A stretch of DNA of 64,000 nt, from assembly GCA_965207735.1 (NCBI GenBank), contig OZ242296.1, forward strand, positions 5,056,001-5,120,000, given 5' to 3'. How positions within the stretch are numbered: position 1 is the stretch's first letter; each line of letters opens with the position of its first letter. This DNA is from Candidatus Versatilivorator sp. (lineage in GTDB: Bacteria > Acidobacteriota > Terriglobia > Versatilivoradales > Versatilivoraceae). Made by a program: the position numbers and the translations under genes. The notes beneath the pieces were generated by a model, which saw nothing but the letters and a program-made list of their open reading frames with translations, was not told the DNA's origin and searched no databases. Below, piece after piece: positions 61,325 through 64,000 of this stretch.

Positions 61325-62812
61325 TTATTGAGTCGCCCCTGACGCAGGCCGCACCCGTTGCGGGGCTTGGTTTCCCTTGGGAGTTGCCTTCTCGGTCTTG
61401 TCCAGTTGCTGAAAGATGCGGACCTGTTCTCTGGCCTCCTCGATCTTCCCCAGCCTCCTCAACACCTTGGCCAATTGGATGTAGGCCTGCTTTCTCTTGG
61501 GCTCCTGCGCCACCACCTGCCTGAGCAGCTTCAGAGCCTTCTCGAATTCTCCGGACTTCAAATAGATATCGCTTAAATCCTGCAGCGCCGGGACCCCCCC
61601 CTGGTTGAGGCGTATTGCCTCCTCGAACAGGGTGGTTGCCTCCGAGGTCTTCTGCTGATGGGCCAGGACCCTTGCCAAGCCCAGCCTGGCCCCGGCCATC
61701 AGTTCCGGGTCGTCTTGGATCATGGGGAGGAGCTTTCTGAGATGGGTCTCGGCTTCCTGGAAGCGGCCCATGATCTCCAGGTCCAGGCCGCCGTTGTACA
61801 GGACCAGGGGGTAGTTGGGAAACCGCTCCAGCAGTTGGAGCGAGTTATCAAACGCCTTCTGATAGTTCTCGTCCTTGCGATAGGCGCTCAGCAGGAGCAG
61901 GTGCACGTCGGGATCGTCCGGGAAGCGGTCGGTCAACCCCTTGAGGCTTCGTATGGCCTCCGCGTACTCGCCGCCGTCGATCATCACCTTGCTCAGCAGA
62001 AAGATCGCCTTGGGGGCCTCTGGTTGTAGTTCCAAAACCTTGCCGAGGGACCGTTTGGCTTCGGCGAGCTTCTTGGCTTCCAACAGGCCCATGCCCTGAA
62101 GCAGCAGCGCCGGGACCAGGTCCGGCTGGAGCTGAAGAGCCTTGTCCAGCAGTGGCCCCATGCGGTCGATCCGATTGGTTCGAGACAGGGCCAGGGCAAG
62201 CAGGTAGTGGGCTTCGGCCGATCGGGGGAGGCGTTCCACACTCCGGGTCAGGAGGGGCACCGACTCCCGGTAGAGATTCCTCTCTGTCAGCAGCCGGCAC
62301 ACCGACAACAGGGATTCCGGGTCGGCCTGGGATGCCTGTTCCATTTTGGCGGCGATCTGCAGAGCCTGGCTGGTCTGGCCGGTTTCAAGCAGGGCCTGGC
62401 ACAGGTAGTAGAGGGCCTCGGGAATGGCATCAATCCGGGGTTGGAGAGGCTGCAGCGAATCGACGCATTGAGTGTATTTCTTGCCCTTGCAGTAGACGAT
62501 GCCCAGCCTGATCCTGGAGAATTCGAGCCCGGGACTGAGGATCAGCGACTCCCGATAGGCCTGCTCGGCCTGGTTCAGCTTGCCCTGGTTTTCACAAATG
62601 AAACCCAAAAGACGATAGGCGTCAGGGGAGGGCTGATCGGACAGGAGGGAGCGGATCGACTCTTCCGCCTCGGCCAGTCTGCCGGCCTGGGCCTGCTCCA
62701 CCGCCTGGCGGAAACGCGGGTCCATGCCTTGAGCAGCTTGGGAGGCCTGCACCAGCAGGAAACCACACAGGCTAAGGAGTCCAATGGCAATTTTTGCGTG
62801 GAGGGAATTCAC
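61325..62812 (-). CDS. Secreted tetratricopeptide-repeat protein
   Basis: Signal peptide followed by multiple TPR-like helical repeats. Confidence 0.88.
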   Translation of the reverse strand: MNSLHAKIAIGLLSLCGFLLVQASQAAQGMDPRFRQAVEQAQAGRLAEAEESIRSLLSDQPSPDAYRLLGFICENQGKLNQAEQAYRESLILSPGLEFSRIRLGIVYCKGKKYTQCVDSLQPLQPRIDAIPEALYYLCQALLETGQTSQALQIAAKMEQASQADPESLLSVCRLLTERNLYRESVPLLTRSVERLPRSAEAHYLLALALSRTNRIDRMGPLLDKALQLQPDLVPALLLQGMGLLEAKKLAEAKRSLGKVLELQPEAPKAIFLLSKVMIDGGEYAEAIRSLKGLTDRFPDDPDVHLLLLSAYRKDENYQKAFDNSLQLLERFPNYPLVLYNGGLDLEIMGRFQEAETHLRKLLPMIQDDPELMAGARLGLARVLAHQQKTSEATTLFEEAIRLNQGGVPALQDLSDIYLKSGEFEKALKLLRQVVAQEPKRKQAYIQLAKVLRRLGKIEEAREQVRIFQQLDKTEKATPKGNQAPQRVRPASGATQ

Positions 62813-62884
62813 GAGTGTCGAGTCAGAGTGTGAGACCTGAATTCATGGGATCGCCTTCAAATATTAGCATGGGGTCGAGCTTCT

Positions 62885-63088
62885 TGATCCTGCGCATCCT
62901 GTCTATCCATGTATTTTCATTAACATGGATGCACAGGAACTACAGGATTTGGTTTTGGGAGGTTTTGGGAGTCCGGCGTCGTGTATGTCCGTTAATCCGC
63001 AGGGCGTCGTCGGATCATCTTCTGAGTGAGCGTCGTGTGCACCGGCTTCACGTTCTGCCAATCCTGTGCATCCTGTCCATCCATGTTC
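62885..63088. repeat. Diverged family-A repeat arms
   Basis: ATCCTGCGCATCCTGTCTATCCATGT, AACATGGATGCACAGGAACTACAGGAT and ATCCTGTGCATCCTGTCCATCCATGTT. The interior differs from copies 1 and 2. Confidence 0.7.
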
Positions 63089-63271
63089 TTAATCATGGAA
63101 AGAATATTCGATCCCTTTCCGGCCCGGCTTTTGCGATTTCCCTTCAAGGGATCAGTCCCCCCCGGGAGCGCGGGCGTCCCGCCCGCATCCTCGGCCTTTC
63201 GAGTTGAAAGTCGTGCTTCCCTCACAGAGGGGGACAGAGTATGTGTTAAACTATAGGCAACGGAAAATACC

Positions 63272-63511
63272 ATGACCGCCGCCGTATTCGACACCTTGAA
63301 AGCCAGCCGTAAACTCAAGGCCGCCGGCATCGACCAAGCGCACACCGAAGCCATTGTCCAGTCAATGGCCGAGGCCTTCGACGACTCCGTCGCCACCAAG
63401 GCCGACCTCAAGGCCGCCATCGCCGAGGTCAAAGCCGACATGCTCAAGACCGCCATCGCCGTCGTGGTCGCCAACGTCAGTCTCACCGTCGCTCTGATCA
63501 AACTGCTATAG
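63272..63511 (+). CDS. Small DUF1640/CCDC90-like membrane-anchored coiled-coil protein
   Basis: FDTLKASRKLKAAG, ATKADL and a C-terminal TM helix. Confidence 0.8.
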   Translation: MTAAVFDTLKASRKLKAAGIDQAHTEAIVQSMAEAFDDSVATKADLKAAIAEVKADMLKTAIAVVVANVSLTVALIKLL

Positions 63512-63646
63512 CCGTCTGATCCAATCCAAGTGCGGTCGCGACTGAACGGGTACTAGCCGGGCACATCCCTTACACAATAAACTGCGAAGGTCGTAGGCAC
63601 CGGGCCAAGGTTTCGGGGCAAGGAGGACGACCGTTCAACCATCCGC

Positions 63647-64000
63647 TCAGCGTCTTCGTCGCCGGCCTTCCCGCTTGCGGGGGCCGGTTGAACCTGCATC
63701 TGCCCCTTGCGTTGGTGTCGGTTTTCTCAACGCCGTGGCTCGGCGGGCGGTCAGAAGAACCGCAATGAAAAGGAACAGCGCCCCGACGGGAACCAGCAGG
63801 ATTCCCAGTCCGGGGTCGCCACCGTGGATCACTACGCCGCCCAGAAAAAATCCTCCCGGCAGGCAGAACGTGGCGCCCATCAGGCAGGGCGAAGCCAGAC
63901 GAGCCAGGCGCACCGTGTCTGCCGCCAAATGAGGCAAGGTAACCGCAAAGGCCAGGTTGACCAGGGAGAGCAGGACTCCGTGTGCATGGGCCAGGGTCCA
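63647..64000 (-). CDS. Hypothetical membrane protein, 5' end outside the window
   Basis: Frame is open to the window edge (WTLAHAHGVLLSLVNLAF...); hydrophobic helices. Confidence 0.7.
   Translation of the reverse strand, partial: WTLAHAHGVLLSLVNLAFAVTLPHLAADTVRLARLASPCLMGATFCLPGGFFLGGVVIHGGDPGLGILLVPVGALFLFIAVLLTARRATALRKPTPTQGADAGSTGPRKREGRRRRR

Noticed and set aside
63163-63187. REP-like GGGAGCGCGGGCGTCCCGCCCGCA
   Set aside because: Only one copy is in the window, so repeat status cannot be shown.

Overview
High-GC bacterial DNA. The gene content (DUF1549/DUF1553-DUF1501 pairs, many Tat substrates, an NHL-repeat surface protein) suggests an Acidobacteria- or PVC-like organism, which is an inference. 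Bases 1-15.1 kb are a visibly lower-GC defence island. It holds an SspABCD-type DNA phosphorothioation module (divergent cysteine desulfurase, DUF4007, large ATPase, PAPS-reductase-like). This module is translationally coupled to a PbeABCD-like effector module (PLD nuclease-SF2 helicase, small protein, Rad50/DndD-like ATPase, small protein) rather than to SspE. The PLD-helicase gene is split by two different IS elements with clean target duplications, and removing both restores one 735-codon ORF. At 16.0-19.4 kb, a FitA/VapC toxin-antitoxin pair is followed by elements stacked at one CTAG site: an IS1182-like element and a 243-bp MITE. An 869-nt ORF-less group II intron sits inside the MITE's terminal inverted repeat, and its EBS1/EBS2 sequences are complementary to that repeat. 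The remainder (19.7-64 kb) is a catabolic and secreted-protein region. It encodes Tat-exported hydrolases and aldolases, a two-subunit amidohydrolase-fold plus Rieske cluster, an SSS transporter, an MlrC peptidase, an amidohydrolase-aminotransferase fusion and a triple-RidA lipoprotein. It also carries a second TA pair and several families of short intergenic repeats. No rRNA, tRNA or CRISPR array was seen. All family assignments come from motif recognition by eye; no searches were run.
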